Shown here piece by piece: positions 39,127 to 52,266 of a stretch of DNA of 64,000 nt. Positions within the stretch are counted from its first letter, which is position 1; the number at the start of each line of letters is the position of its first letter. Both the position numbers and the translations under genes were made by a program. This DNA comes from Octopus vulgaris (Eukaryota): contig OX597820.1 of the NCBI GenBank assembly GCA_951406725.2, forward strand, positions 3,038,001 to 3,102,000. Reading direction: 5' to 3'. The notes under the pieces were generated by a model. The model saw nothing but the letters and a program-made list of their open reading frames with translations. It had not been told where the DNA came from and made no database searches.

Positions 39127-40982
39127 CGTTGGCATTTGCTGCAATGAACAGATTTAGAGAAAATTTTTGATATGATGGAGGCCTATCATAAAATTGTACA
39201 TCCTGTGGGCGACATGTCCTCCACTTTGCTCTAATGACAGACAATGTGATCGATCTGAGATTGACTGCAATGAACCCAACGTATTACTGAAACATCCCTT
39301 CAATGAGAAGATGTTGGAATGGTGCATTTCTGTTTTGGGGGTAAAACCTTGTCACACTTGAAAGCAAACTGTAGCTGACTTAATTCCAAATGAGTTTTTG
39401 TCATTTATCTTCACAAGTGAAGGCCTTGCACCCAGAGAAAAGAAAAAATACACACAGAGTTGTAGGGAGAATGTAATGGAGCTTTGGACAAAGAATGCAA
39501 TTATCCTGGCTTAATAGAATAGTTTCAAATTTTGGTCAAGGCCAGCTATTATAGGTGGCGTTAGTTACATTGACTGCTACTTATTTTATAGACCCCGAAA
39601 GGAAGAAAGGTAAAGTGGACCTCACTGGTATTTGAACTTAGAATGTAAATTGTTGAAAGAAACGCTGCTTAACATTTTGTCCAAAGTCTTATCCTCGCTC
39701 AATATAATTCTGTGGTGGTCAAACTGTTTGGCCTGCCATATATCATTAACGTTTTATCCTGTGGAAATTTCCAAAAAGTGGCAATATTCTGACAAGTAAA
39801 AAAATTTATCTAAAAATCAAAGAAATTATTTTTATGTTTTATTAATTTTAATAATTTCATAAAATTCTGAGGTGTTTGTGAGAAATTGCATAACACAAAC
39901 GTGTTGTAAACTCTGCGAGAAGCAAAATGTGTTTCTTAATACCACTGGAAACTTAGGAGGTCGAGGTAAAAGAAGGTCTGCAGATATTTACTGAAATACT
40001 CGCACAACAAATTCTTCACCTGCCACAAAACAAGACCTTTGACTCTTGTAAAGCCAATGGCCCCACTGCCTTTCAGTGGACCTACAAATTATGTCAGAAA
40101 TGGCTATTTTTTGCTGTGTTGCATTTGATCTGGAGAGAAGAGATGAAACAGAAAATGTGGACCTTGCTACACTCCAACATCATATTGGTCTCTTATTCCT
40201 GCGGTTACAGATTTGTTCTCTCTCAATGTAAAGAATGAAAAGGATATTATTAGACCCTGTGAAATTTGTAAGGCTTTCATTTCAAAAGACTTATTTCTAA
40301 TTCAAACTGAACTGCCAAAAATAATACAGATGCTATTGGATTAGTTTGTTAAATACTTAAAATTGACATAAAAATAGCCGTCAAAGTTATGAAAGCACAA
40401 ACTCTTGGCGTCTAATTCCAAAAGGTAAACCTGTTATTTGACAAAGTGTTATTCTGAAATAGTTTAACAAGTATTGGTGGAAGAATGAGTCTCTCCTAAA
40501 AAAGGGTGAGTTAATATTTTACGATGTGGCAGTGACATGAAGTCGCATCTCACGTTTCATTCGACACATGAATTAATCAAGTTCATTTTCAACTTATCAG
40601 CATGTTGCTGTATCAACAGGTATACATAATCAACAGGTATACATAATCACTGACAAAGTCCTGCTGCTCTGAGTCATATACATTGCTTTACACAGAACAA
40701 GGCTCATTCTACAGAGACCACAGTCAAACGCCATACACAACTCTTCTATACAGTGTTGTTCTTTTATACAAAATGTTGGTGTACACACAATTTTCAACCC
40801 AAGTGACCTGATTTTGCACATGCTGTCTAGAACAGAACATGGCTCGGTGGAGGTAAAGAATACTCACACCAACTGTTTTCGGCATAACGAAAACCCTAAC
40901 TCCTAAACATTGGGTGTGCGTATTCTTTTCTTTCGCCCATTTTATACATTGTCGCTTAAAGCACAAATCTTTCTACTCATTA

Positions 40983-41265
40983 GAAAATTAGTAATTTTAA
41001 AACTCACAATACGAGATATTCAGCAACAGTACTTTGGAGTAAAGATTATTTTCCAACATAACATGGCAGTCCTGGTTTAGGATGAATGTTGTTGTAATTT
41101 AGCCCCAAAAGACATTATCTCCAGCTGGTTATAAGACACAATCTGTGTCCTTACATTTTCGAACAAAGTAATCTAGCACCCCCACTCAGCTCAAAACAAT
41201 ATCTGTGTATTGTGATTTCTGGGCTATTTCCCTTCATCAGCACAGAATAATTGTTTGGCTAGAGG
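40983..41265 (-). mobile_element. Family D element, single arm with hammerhead (41202-41246, minus strand)
   Basis: Near-identical to 8944-9170; near-duplicated flank TTTCTAC(T/A)CAT. Confidence 0.75.
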
Positions 41266-43569
41266 TTTTCTACACATCTGAACAAACCATTGCATATATG
41301 TTGTTACACGGAGAAAAGAAATTCACCACCTGACAGTTAGCCTTTGCTTAAAAGGTATCACAACCACATTTATATACCAATGTACATACTTATATACTCA
41401 CTTTTATATAAACACACACACAGATATATATTTATACAGATTCACTTGGATGGACATGTATATGCTGCACAGAATCACCTGCATTGACAAACACAAGTAC
41501 AGACACACACACACACACACATATGAATGGTCCTCAATCTATTTTAACTTTGAGATACTGGACATCTATTGGTAGATCAATGTTTGCAGGAAAAAATGTG
41601 TGTGTGGGTGGGGGTTAATGCAGGAGAGATGGATGAGATGGGTAAACCTAGGTGATGAGGATATGCAGCAGCTAGTTAGTTCAAAGGAGCAAAGACTTTA
41701 CAGCAGTAATGACAGAGACAGACAGACAGACAGGTGACATCTGGGAGTGAAGTGTGTCAGCAAGTGAAACTTTACAAATCAATCACATGACGGTGAGCCA
41801 TCATGTGACCTTGAAATAAATTCAATAGATTTTTAGAAAGCGAATACAAGTTGATACAAGGGTCCTGTAGCATCCATTCGAGGCACTCTCTACTTGAGAA
41901 TTTGAACATCTATCATGCTGAAAGTTTTAACAATGGAATGGTTAAGACAGTTAAGAGGCTGGCAATTAAAACTGTTAAAATGAATCTTCTCAAAGCAACA
42001 TCAACATAATAAACCAACCAAAAATTAGACAAGAAGTCCATTGCGTGAATTCTTCAGATGAGACAAAACAAAAAACATTGCGGTAAACAAATGGAAAAAA
42101 AACACTGATAGAACAAACTTGGAATGGAGCAAGATCTGTAACGACTGCTTTTAAGATGATTTTCTAATGGTTTACATTTTAAAAAAAACCTTTCGCACAA
42201 CATTTACTTGCCCCTAATAGAGACCTTAATGATTACCACAACAGCAGCACAGGGAGAACTTTTATATAAGAATATCTGAAATATTTATATAAATTTGCAA
42301 ATGACATTTCTAATTCATACCAAACTGCCCAAAGTAATACAAATCGAACTAATTTAGTTCGTTAAAAACTTAGAATCGAATGAAAATAGTTACTAATCAT
42401 CATCATCATCATCGTTTAATGGCCATTCTCTTTATGTTGGCATGAGTTGGACGGTCTGACTGGAGACTGGCAAGCCAGGGGGCTGCACCAAGCTCCAATC
42501 TGATCTGGCAAGGTTTCTACAGCTGGATGTCCTTCCTAACACCAACCACTCCGAGAGTGTAGTGGGTGCCTTTTACGTGCCACCGGGGAGACAGTCAGGC
42601 GGCACTGGCATAAACTTTTGGATACTAATTCCAACAGGTAAGTCTGTTATTTGACAATGTTATTCATGGTCCAGCTCCTGCTAGCATGGGAAATTGATGT
42701 TAAGTGATGATGATGATGATAAAATGGAATCTATTTCAAAAACCTATTCCACTCACATCACAAAAATGTTGGGGCATCATATGTCACAGACATAATTTCA
42801 TAGAATTCACAATAGCAGGTGAAAGTAACAACTGACTAACATTGTTTTTGATACACAAGAGAAATGAGGAAAAAAAAAAATGATTTGAGAGTTGAAAGCC
42901 ACTAAATGAATGAAAAGTCAAGAAAAATTTATCTGGACCAAGAAAACGAAAAGAAATGTACCAATTGAAAAGTATATGGTCAGTGTACTACTGAAGACAA
43001 CCTGTATCAACTGGTGGGGCTGGGCCAAGCAGTTAAGAATTTACAGGGTTATATAAGCAATCCACCGTTAGTTTGATTTGTTCTGTATCAGTGCCAATCC
43101 TGCAGGTTACCTTCTGTACAGCACTGATCACCTCTTGTATTTCCAGAACAGTCTCTGTCGCCTCAACAGCTCTTCTCACTCTCCATTTCCCTCCTGTCCA
43201 CCTTATTCCCTGCACTCTACGGACAACGAGTTCCAATGAATCTCACCACATCATGTGGCAGTGGGACTTTCTTACTTTAAATGCCTCCCCTGGCAATACT
43301 AAAGGCAATTGGAGATTTCACAGAGAGCAAGCCAACCCCATGCCATTTTACTAGCAAGCTCTTCCATTCTCTTCCCTAACATGGTATTCCATAAACTTAC
43401 AGAGCGTATGGAAAAGACTCTATTGGTAACATCTGCAACCATTTGTGCAAGCTTGGGTGAAATAAAATGTTAGTTTGAGGGTAACGATGGAGTATGGTAT
43501 GTAATAGTGGTTTCCAACCCTTTTATTTAAATGAGTTTTCCCACAGACCCCTTTGAATATGCTTATCCC

Positions 43570-43609
<40 letters not shown>

Positions 43610-44655
43610 AATTCGGGGTGAGTACTTGATAATTGTAAGCACCTGTATATACCGTTTGGTGGTGTAGGTGGTGGAGTAAATTAATCAAAATAAAAACATG
43701 ATGCCAATATATATATATATATGTGGTAAGTAGCTCGGGTTCAATCCCACTGCCTGGTACCTTGGGCAAGTGTCTTCTACTATAGCCTCAAGCCAACCAA
43801 AGCTTTGTGAGAGGATTTTGTCCCCACCACCATCGCTTGACAACTGATGTTGGTGTGCTTATGTACCCGTAACTTAGCGGTTCAGCAAAAGAGACTGATA
43901 GAATAAGTACTAGGCTTACAAAGAATAAGTCCTGTGGTCGATTTGCTCGACTAAAGGCAGTGCTCCAGCATGGCCACAGTCAAATGATTGAAAGAAGCAA
44001 AAGAGTAAAGAGGGTGTATCCCCCCACCCCACCATCTATACCCTTCTACTGGTACTACGCCTCCCACCATCACTATGTCCCAGTAATGACAGATCTGCTG
44101 GTATCAGATCCAGCCACCCACCCCCATTTACACTACACCACTCACCCTCACTCAGGTCAATCCTTTGACATAAATCATAGTCTTACCATGAACTTCTATC
44201 ACTCACTCCCTTTGTCTCTCCCCTCTCTCTCTCACCAGCACACAGCTGCTGACACTATCTCCTACTCCTTTCTCCTATTACTACTTCTCTCTCTCTCCCT
44301 CCTTCTTTCATTACACCCTGCCACAACCATTTCACTTCATTACTCCTACCACCGTTTCTACCCTTTGCTCCTCCTCTTCAACACACTCACACCACCACTC
44401 AGTTTCCTCCTTCATATTATTCTACTCTCACTCATTCCTCTTATTTCCTCTTTAATCAGTGAAGAAAACTATAAAGAAGGGAGGGGGGGCTTTAAAAAAA
44501 ATTTTTTAGGAACAAAAAAATAAATAAATAAAAAAAACACCCAAAATCTGAAGATAATTCTTAACTTTGTAAATGGTTAGGGGACACAGGGGGGAGCAGG
44601 GGGGGAGGCAGAACATGACAGGGAATGGAGACCGAATGAAACATTGATAACATAT

Positions 44656-44858
44656 TACTCTTTACCTGTTTCAGTCATTTGACTGCGGCCATGCTGGAGC
44701 ACCGCCTTTAGTCGAGCAAATCGACCCCAGGACTTATTCTTTGTAAGCCCAGTACTTATTCTATTGGTCTCTTTTTGCCGAACCGCTAAGTGACAGGGAC
44801 GTAAACACACCAGCATCGGTTGTCAAGCAATGCTAGGGGGACAAACACAGACACACAA

Positions 44859-44891
<33 letters not shown>

Positions 44892-44925
44892 CATATATAC
44901 GACAGGCTTCTTGCAGTTTCCGTCT
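44656..44925 (-). mobile_element. Family A SINE 3' half
   Basis: Near-identical to 6790-7085. Confidence 0.85.
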
Positions 44926-46835
44926 ACATGCAATTTAAATTTCAATAAGCCATAATGAGAAGAAAGTTGGATGAGAGAGAGAGAGAGAGAGAGCGAGTGT
45001 GTGTGTAACTGGCACCCAGTTATGACAAGCGTTCCAGTCGGTTTGATCAATGGAACAGCCTGCTCATGCAAGTGGCTGAGGACTCCACAGACATGTGTGC
45101 CCGTAATATCGTTCTCAAAGAGATTCAGTGTAACACAGAGTGTGACAAGGCTGGGCCCTTTAAATTACTGGTACTACTCCTTCTTGCCAGCTGAGAGTAC
45201 GAGAGCAACGTGTCTTGCTCAAGGACATAATGTGCCATCAGGAATTGAACTCACAACCTTACAATCACGAGGAGAATATCCTAACCACTAAGCCATGCAT
45301 TTCTGTATGCATGTGTGTACAGACACACACACACACACACACACAGTCAAGTCACATCAGAACAATTAATGGAAAAAGACAAAGAACAAATAAACATGGA
45401 AACCCTCTCCTCAGCCATGGAGGCCAGACTGCAACTGCAGTTTCGGTGCGTCTAATGTCTGAAGACTATAAATTCCGTGTTACTGCTCGTCTGGTAGGAT
45501 GGAAAATTACAGCTAGAACCAATTAATACAACAACAAAAATCTATCTATGAATGCATGCACACACACACACACAAACAAACACACACAGAGGCATTGGTC
45601 TGTCAAAAGGTATCATATCAAAGAATAACAATGTAGAAATGTAAACGAAATTTGTAAAAATCTATAAATGTAAAAGTTTAATCGGTTTTAATTATAAGAC
45701 TGAAAACAAAACAGGATGAAATAATTATGTTATGAAATATTTAAAACGATGTGATTATGTCAATAGCATGCAAGGAAACGAAGAAAACTCATTAAATTGA
45801 AATGTTAACGAAAGTTATTGAAATAACAAATTTTTATTGATAATATAAAAATTGCAAAAACTTTGAGTTAAAAACTCATTATGTAATTAAGGTCATATAA
45901 AAGCTCGTTATGAATTAAGGTAATAATTAACAACAAACACAGAAACTGGAAAAAATGTCTGGGAAAATATTTTGAATTTATTGAAGAACAACTCCAATAA
46001 TTGTGGAAGACGGCATTTTTTGTCACATGATGATGGAAGCAACAATCACATCGTTCAATAAGAACAACAATGAAATGAAGCAGCTAATTGAGAGTAAAAG
46101 AGCAGTTTTTTTCATGCTTACCAAAATGATAAGAATAAAGAGCAGAAAAGGAAAGTTTGCAGTCCGAATAACAAAGACAAAAACTCATGCAATAAAGAAC
46201 CAATGGAAGCAGCCGTAATCGAGAAAAAGAGCAGAGATGCCATGGCATGGAGACTTGGAGAGATTTCTTCAGCAGCACTGAAGTAATTCATAGTTCTAGT
46301 TTAACAATTCCGACAGATCAAAAGATGGTACAAAACTTCTCAAAGAACAAATGGGTGTCAACACCCGACACAAAGAACATTTCAGGGTTTTTGATCTATT
46401 GTGACTGTATTTTCTATGATCGTATCTAGAGATCTTTCATTGGTGGCACAAATAACGGACAACTGACATTTTTGGGTGAGGAAAACAGGAAAAAGAGAAA
46501 AACCATCAAGGAAACAAGATTTGATGGGATTCTGGAAGAAATTTGTAAATTCAAGCAGGAAACACCATCCACAAAGTTCCTTGTATGGTTTCTGCTAAAG
46601 ATACCAGCTCCGAAATGAGAACCAACAGTAAAAGAGCCTTAATGCATTTTTAGGACTTCAGGTAGCAAAAGGTTTCTCCTCTGTGCAAAGATTAGCGGCC
46701 ATTATGAAGTACGGCTAACGAAGCAATTGAGGCATGGTTGTTTATTGATCATTTTTAATAGCTGAAGAATTAATTTGCAAGAAAGGCTGAATGTAAGCAA
46801 TTTACAGTGACTTAATAATTGAATGACTGATGTCA

Positions 46836-46877
<42 letters not shown>

Positions 46878-47468
46878 ATGGCATCGGTTGTGGACACATC
46901 TTGAGTGTAAGTGTTGTATAAATGTAAATGTTTCCCCTGGACATTTAACCACCTCTTTATTCCAGGACTTTTAAAGTCTCATCTCTTTGGTTTGTAAGTA
47001 ATAAATTTTCCACTAGTCTCAACCAATGTACCCAGATTATCTTCTACCTATTTCCAACAATTAAATGAACGGAAACAGAGGGGGAGAGTAATGTGTTTGG
47101 TCCACAACTACACAAGGAACCAGAGTCGAAACTTCATTTGGAACTACGAGTTGAGACCAAAACGATTCTTAGAAATGCGAAACCTTTTCACTGTCAAAAC
47201 AGACAAAAAGAAAGATTGGGAAAAACTGACTGAAATAAGAGGAAAATGATCAGAATATAAGAAAATGTGTAACAGAGAGACATTCAACGGAGGAGCCATG
47301 TCAGCATTGCAATAATTTTGTAAATGAGAGGAAATGTCTGGGATTTCTTCTGACAAGAATTCTTTATCTCTGTTACATTAGACACAGAAAATTTTCCATA
47401 AACAATTAAAAAAAAGAAACAAACAACAATAAAACAAAACACGTGTTAAGAAACTAATAACAGGAAAA

Positions 47469-47501
<33 letters not shown>

Positions 47502-48183
47502 AACACACACAAGTATTTCTTTTATTCTTTTAATCTTTCAGTCATTTGACTGTGGCCATGCTGGAGCACTGCCTTCTGTTGAAGAAATCAACCCCAGGAC
47601 TTATACTTAGTAAGCCTAGTACTTATTCTATCAATCTCTTGTACCAAACTGCTAAGCTACAGGGATGTAAACACACCAACATCGGTTTTCAAGCAATGGT
47701 GGAGAGACAAAAACAGACATGTAAATATATATATGTGTATATGATGGGCTTCTTTCAGTTTCCGCCTACCAAATCCACTCACAGGGCTTTGGTCGGCCTA
47801 AGGCTATAGTAGAAGACACTTGCCAAAGGTACCACACAGTGGGACTGAACCCAGAACCATGTGTTGGGGAGCAAGCTTCTTACCACATGTGAAGGCACAT
47901 GGCCTAGTGGTTAGGGTGTTGCACTCACGATTGTGGGATCATGGGTTCAATTCCCAGAGCGGGCGTTGCATTGTGTTCTTGTGCAAAGCACTTCATTTCA
48001 TGCTGTTCCGTGATCATTTCAACATCTGACATGTCGCATATGGTGCACCTGTACAGGTAATGTCGTCAATTTGATGGAGGGAGGGAGCTTATGTGTACAC
48101 AAACATTCAACCACTATAAACAAATCCTCTGTGTGGGTGTTCGATAAGAAATTGCCAAGCCCTCTTACATCGTCTAACAACAT

Positions 48184-48770
48184 AGGCGCAGGAGTGACTG
48201 TGTGGTAAGTAGCTTGCTAACCAACCACATGGTTCCGGGATCAGTCCCACTGCGTGGCATCTTGGGCAAGTGTCTTCTGCTATAGCCTCGAGCCGACCAA
48301 TGCCTTGTGAGTGGATTTGGTAGACGGAAACTGAAAGAAGCCTGTCGTATATATGTATATATATGTAGGTCCCGGGTTGATTCGGGGTTAACCACAGTAA
48401 GTAAGGTACTCAATACATAGCAGAGTAAAATTAATTTATTATATAGAAGGAGCTTCTACAGGACTAGTACTGTTTCATTCAAGAAGATTTCTCTTGAATG
48501 AAACAGTACTAGTCCTGTAGAAGCTCCTTCTATATAATAAATATATATATATATATGTATGTGTGTGTTTGTGTGTCTGTGTTTGTCCCCCTAGCATCGC
48601 TTGACAACCGATGCTGGTGTCTTTACGTCCCCGTAACTTACCGGTTCGGCAAAAGAGACCGATAGAATAAGTACTAGGCTTACAAAAAATAAATCCCGGG
48701 GTCGATTTGCTTGACTAAAGGCAGTGCTCCAGCATGGCCGCAGTCAAATGACTGAAACAAGTAAAAGAGT
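48184..48770 (+). mobile_element. Full-length family A SINE with a palindromic element inserted in its AT tract (about 48365-48541)
   Basis: AGGCGCAGGAGTGACTGTGTGG head and GAAACAAGTAAAAGAGT tail; perfect hairpin arms of about 50 bp at 48435-48541. Confidence 0.85.
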
Positions 48771-48776
48771 AATATA

Positions 48777-48808
<32 letters not shown>

Positions 48809-48809
48809 C

Positions 48810-49018
48810 CGGAGTAAGCACATAAATGTGAAACAAGGTGGAAAAAGGAGTACTCAAATACCAGAGGTAGAGTAATATGCTTTATTTAAAAGCAGCAGAA
48901 ATATAGCAAAAGCTGTTACTCGGAGTTTCACGTTCCCGTTCGTCAAACAGTTCTGACGAACGGAAACGTGAAACTCCGAGTAGCAGCTTTTGTTATATTT
49001 CTGCTGCTTTTAAATAAA

Positions 49019-49024
<6 letters not shown>
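48810..49024. mobile_element. Penelope-like fold-back element with back-to-back hammerhead cores
   Basis: Inverted arms at 48875-48945 and 48954-49024. Plus-strand core CTGACGA-ACG GAAA CGT-GAAA-CTCCGAGT-A at 48953-48982; minus-strand copy at 48913-48950 with stem I CTGT/ACAG. Confidence 0.75.
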
Positions 49025-49055
<31 letters not shown>

Positions 49056-49058
<3 letters not shown>

Positions 49059-49443
49059 TTACTTGTTTCAATCATTTGAGTGTGGCCATGCTGGAGCAGC
49101 GCCTTTAGTTGAACAAACTGATCCCAGCACTTATTCTTTGTAAGCCTAGTACTCATTCTGTCAGTCTCTGTTGCCAAACCACTAAGTTATGGGGATGTAA
49201 ACACACCAATATTGGTTGTCAAATGATGGTGGGGAAACAAACACAGACATACAAACACACACATACATATATATATACTTATATATACATGATGGGCTTC
49301 TTTCAGTTTCCATCTACCAAATCCACTTGCAAGGCTTTGGTTGGCCCAAGGCTATAATAGAAGACACTTGTTCAAGATGCCACGCAGTGGGACTGAACCG
49401 GGAACCATGTGGTTGGGAAGCAAGCTTCTTACCACACAGCCAC
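49056..49443 (-). mobile_element. Family A SINE
   Basis: Consensus match; inverted relative to 48184-48770. Confidence 0.85.
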
Positions 49444-49483
49444 GTCTATATATTGAAACAAAAAGTACAAGAATATGTCTTAA

Positions 49484-49708
49484 CCCATTAAGTCCCACTG
49501 TCCTATAAATAGGACACTAAATGAGAACCTTAAAATAAGCTGTAATCACATTGTCCCAGTGTCCTATTTATAGGACACCGAGTATTTCCATTTCTACTTG
49601 AAGTAAAGGAGTTTTAATAATTATTTTTTTCATTTTAACCTATTTTCAATCATCTGTAAAAAATTTAAAATAATATTCAGAAAGTTAAGTACTCTGGGAC
49701 TTAATGGG
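49484..49708. mobile_element. piggyBac-like MITE
   Basis: TIRs CCCATTAAGTCCCA / TGGGACTTAATGGG, flanked by TTAA and TTGA; internal GTCCTATAAATAGGAC palindromes. Confidence 0.8.
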
Positions 49709-50127
49709 TTGAATAGAATTAATTCTCTACTTCAAACCTTTATATCAAAAGCAAATTCAGAGGTTTTAAAACTTTAATACTCAGAATGGATTCTTTTAAA
49801 AAACATTTTCAGGCTAATGAAACTAGGAGAGTCCTCAGGAAATTTGGGTTTTTACAGACGAGACATTGAAGCAGTAAAATGCAGAGCTGGCTTCCCTTCC
49901 ATCACAAACACTGCAACGGAAGGAGAATGGCTCTTGCTGGAAGCAAAAAGCAGCTTGGTTAAGTGTTGTTCTAAAACAGCAGAGAGATTTCAGCTGTGGC
50001 CTCGTGCTGTTAATCCATTACCTGAACTTCTCCACTGTTGCATCATCATTCATGCATTTGACATAAAACTTGAAAAGAAATACACACACAACATTAACAG
50101 AATCATCAATAAAAACAATGTATATAC

Positions 50128-52209
50128 CTTCTTCGTATCACTTTTAAGAGGAGTTTCTGGTTGGTTTGGTAAAGTATCGTTGATAGTAAATGTAAAAGTC
50201 CGTGTGACTGGAATTCTTCTCCTCTGTCCACTACTAACACTTTCATCGACATTTCCATTGCTTTGACCATTTTGGGAGATTTTATTGTTGTTTACATTCA
50301 AATGTTTCACTTCTGGATCAACATAGCCCTCCACCTTTCTCGCTGCAATTCGCCGCTCAGCCTCCAGTTGCCATTCTGTTTTGATTTCTTCTTTAGAGTT
50401 CTGTCCAGAATGTGGTGTCTCGATTCTCTCAAATGCCTCTGGAATTGTTTTAAGTGCAGACGGATTTTCCTTGTTTTCTTTGGCTGTCTCAGTTCTTAAA
50501 CCGATTTTCTCACGCCGAGGCTTTGGTATAGGATTAACTCGATTGTCAATAATATCAGAAGAGCCTTTGATGGCAGGGGACACGTGCCCAGGGTGCAACT
50601 TAGTTGTAATAACACCTGAAGCTGGGCGGTTTGAATCGTTTCCTAAATGTTTTCCTCCGGGTTTTACCAGGGATTTTTCTGGCGAACGAGTTGAATGTAT
50701 GTCTGTTGCAGATTCTGACAAAGCATTAGGTTTCACAGGCTTAGAAATTTCATAATTATTCTTAGAGCTGGCAGCAGTAATTCCACCAGAAGAAGGTATG
50801 TCCATAGCCACTTGTCCTCTATTAATCTCTTGATGTGGTTTCAAATTTTGCTCATTTTTCATTATGGTACTTAAAGGAAAAGAAGGAACATTGTTTTTAT
50901 CAGATTTTGCACCATCATCTGGTTTTTTGGTATCTGTTGGTTGTTCAGCAGCACCTGGGGCAGCTTTAGAATACTCTTTAATTCTTTGCTGAATACTTGG
51001 AAGCTGTACCCTAAGAGATGCTCTTGTTTGCTTTCTAGGGGTGAACGAATTTGAGGCTGTAGGCGTTGAATTGGTAATTTCTTGTTCAGACTTTGATGAA
51101 GAATTTAAGGCAGCGTGAGGCTTGTTTTGATGATTTGTATGAGCAGTTATCACATCCGATTCTTTTGCGGTTGAATTGATCAAAGATGTCTTATTTTTAT
51201 TAAGATGTAGATGAGGATTCTTGAAGTTCTGTGAGTTGTCTCCTGACAAGGATTTCATGATTGAAGGATTGGTAACTGTGGAAGTTGAGGTGTGTGACAG
51301 TTTGGTATTAGGCACATATGGCTCTGCTGGCAGTGGTGACGGGGGATCACTATTAGTAGGTGAAGAACCGGTACTCTGGCGTTGTCGAATACCAGCCAAG
51401 CTTTTCAGCAATCCTGAGACTACGAATTGTTCACTATTGTCTTCTTTTAAATTTGTAACAGATTTTTTATGCACAGTTGCTTGCATTTTTTTATCACCCA
51501 TTGTCCGACTAGAGACTTGTTTCATGAGCTTAGGAGTATCTAATGAAGGATCTGATTCTGGTTTTGCAGCAGATTTTACTGATACAGTAGAGAAAGTCAA
51601 GTCATTTGTCTCTCTTTTTCGACCATCAGATCCCTCATGGAGGTTAGAGTCTCTATAGGGTGAAGTCTGAAAGGTTTTCTCAGAATTATAATTAGCAGGT
51701 TTTTCAAGCTGAGGAAAAGAATTTCCAGGTGAATTTGTTGAAGATTTTTTTGAGCTGGAATCAATTTTCTTTAAATGAGCCTTTAACGCTGAAGAACTTT
51801 TCCTTCCATTGTCAATCATCTGTTCTTCTTCCATTTCTCTCTTGTACTGTTTTTCCGTTCTGAGGCGTTCTTCTGCTTTCTGAACTTGATCTTTCTTTTT
51901 GTCAAAGAGTTTGCCTCTTAATCTTAGTGATTTCTCATTTGCAGAAGGATCATTTTTACTCGAATCCATAATATTTTTTGAAGTGGTTTTATCAATGGAG
52001 TTCATCGTGATGGTTGATGGTGTGGTGGTTTGCGTTCGTGTGGAATAGTCAGTTAAAATTTTACTTGTAGGTGACATGTAACTTTTTCTAAAGCAGGATC
52101 TGTGATACAAGTTACCGTCCTCAATATGTTTTTCAATAAGATACACTTTGTCCTTACACAGTACACAATAATCGCCACCCGAAGACTGCTTGGCTGGACT
52201 GGAACCACC
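50128..52209 (-). CDS. MICAL-L: MICAL-like protein, 2082-nt exon: LIM-type zinc finger followed by a Ser/Thr/Pro/Lys-rich disordered region
   Basis: Lies within the 746-aa ORF. Acceptor tttccttcttcAG at 52211-52210, donor aagGTatat at 50127-50126; phase 0 to 0. CVLC-x17-HRSCFR matches the first LIM finger. Confidence 0.92.
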
Positions 52210-52266
52210 CTGAAGAAAGGAAACAAAACAAAGGAAAGGTTTGAACATGAAAGACAAAAACAACCG

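Noticed and set aside
43960-44523. 187-aa ORF
   Set aside because: Starts in a SINE tail and runs through pyrimidine-rich low-complexity DNA.
50263-51658. Plus-strand ORFs of 78-145 aa
   Set aside because: Antisense shadows of the large MICAL-L exon.
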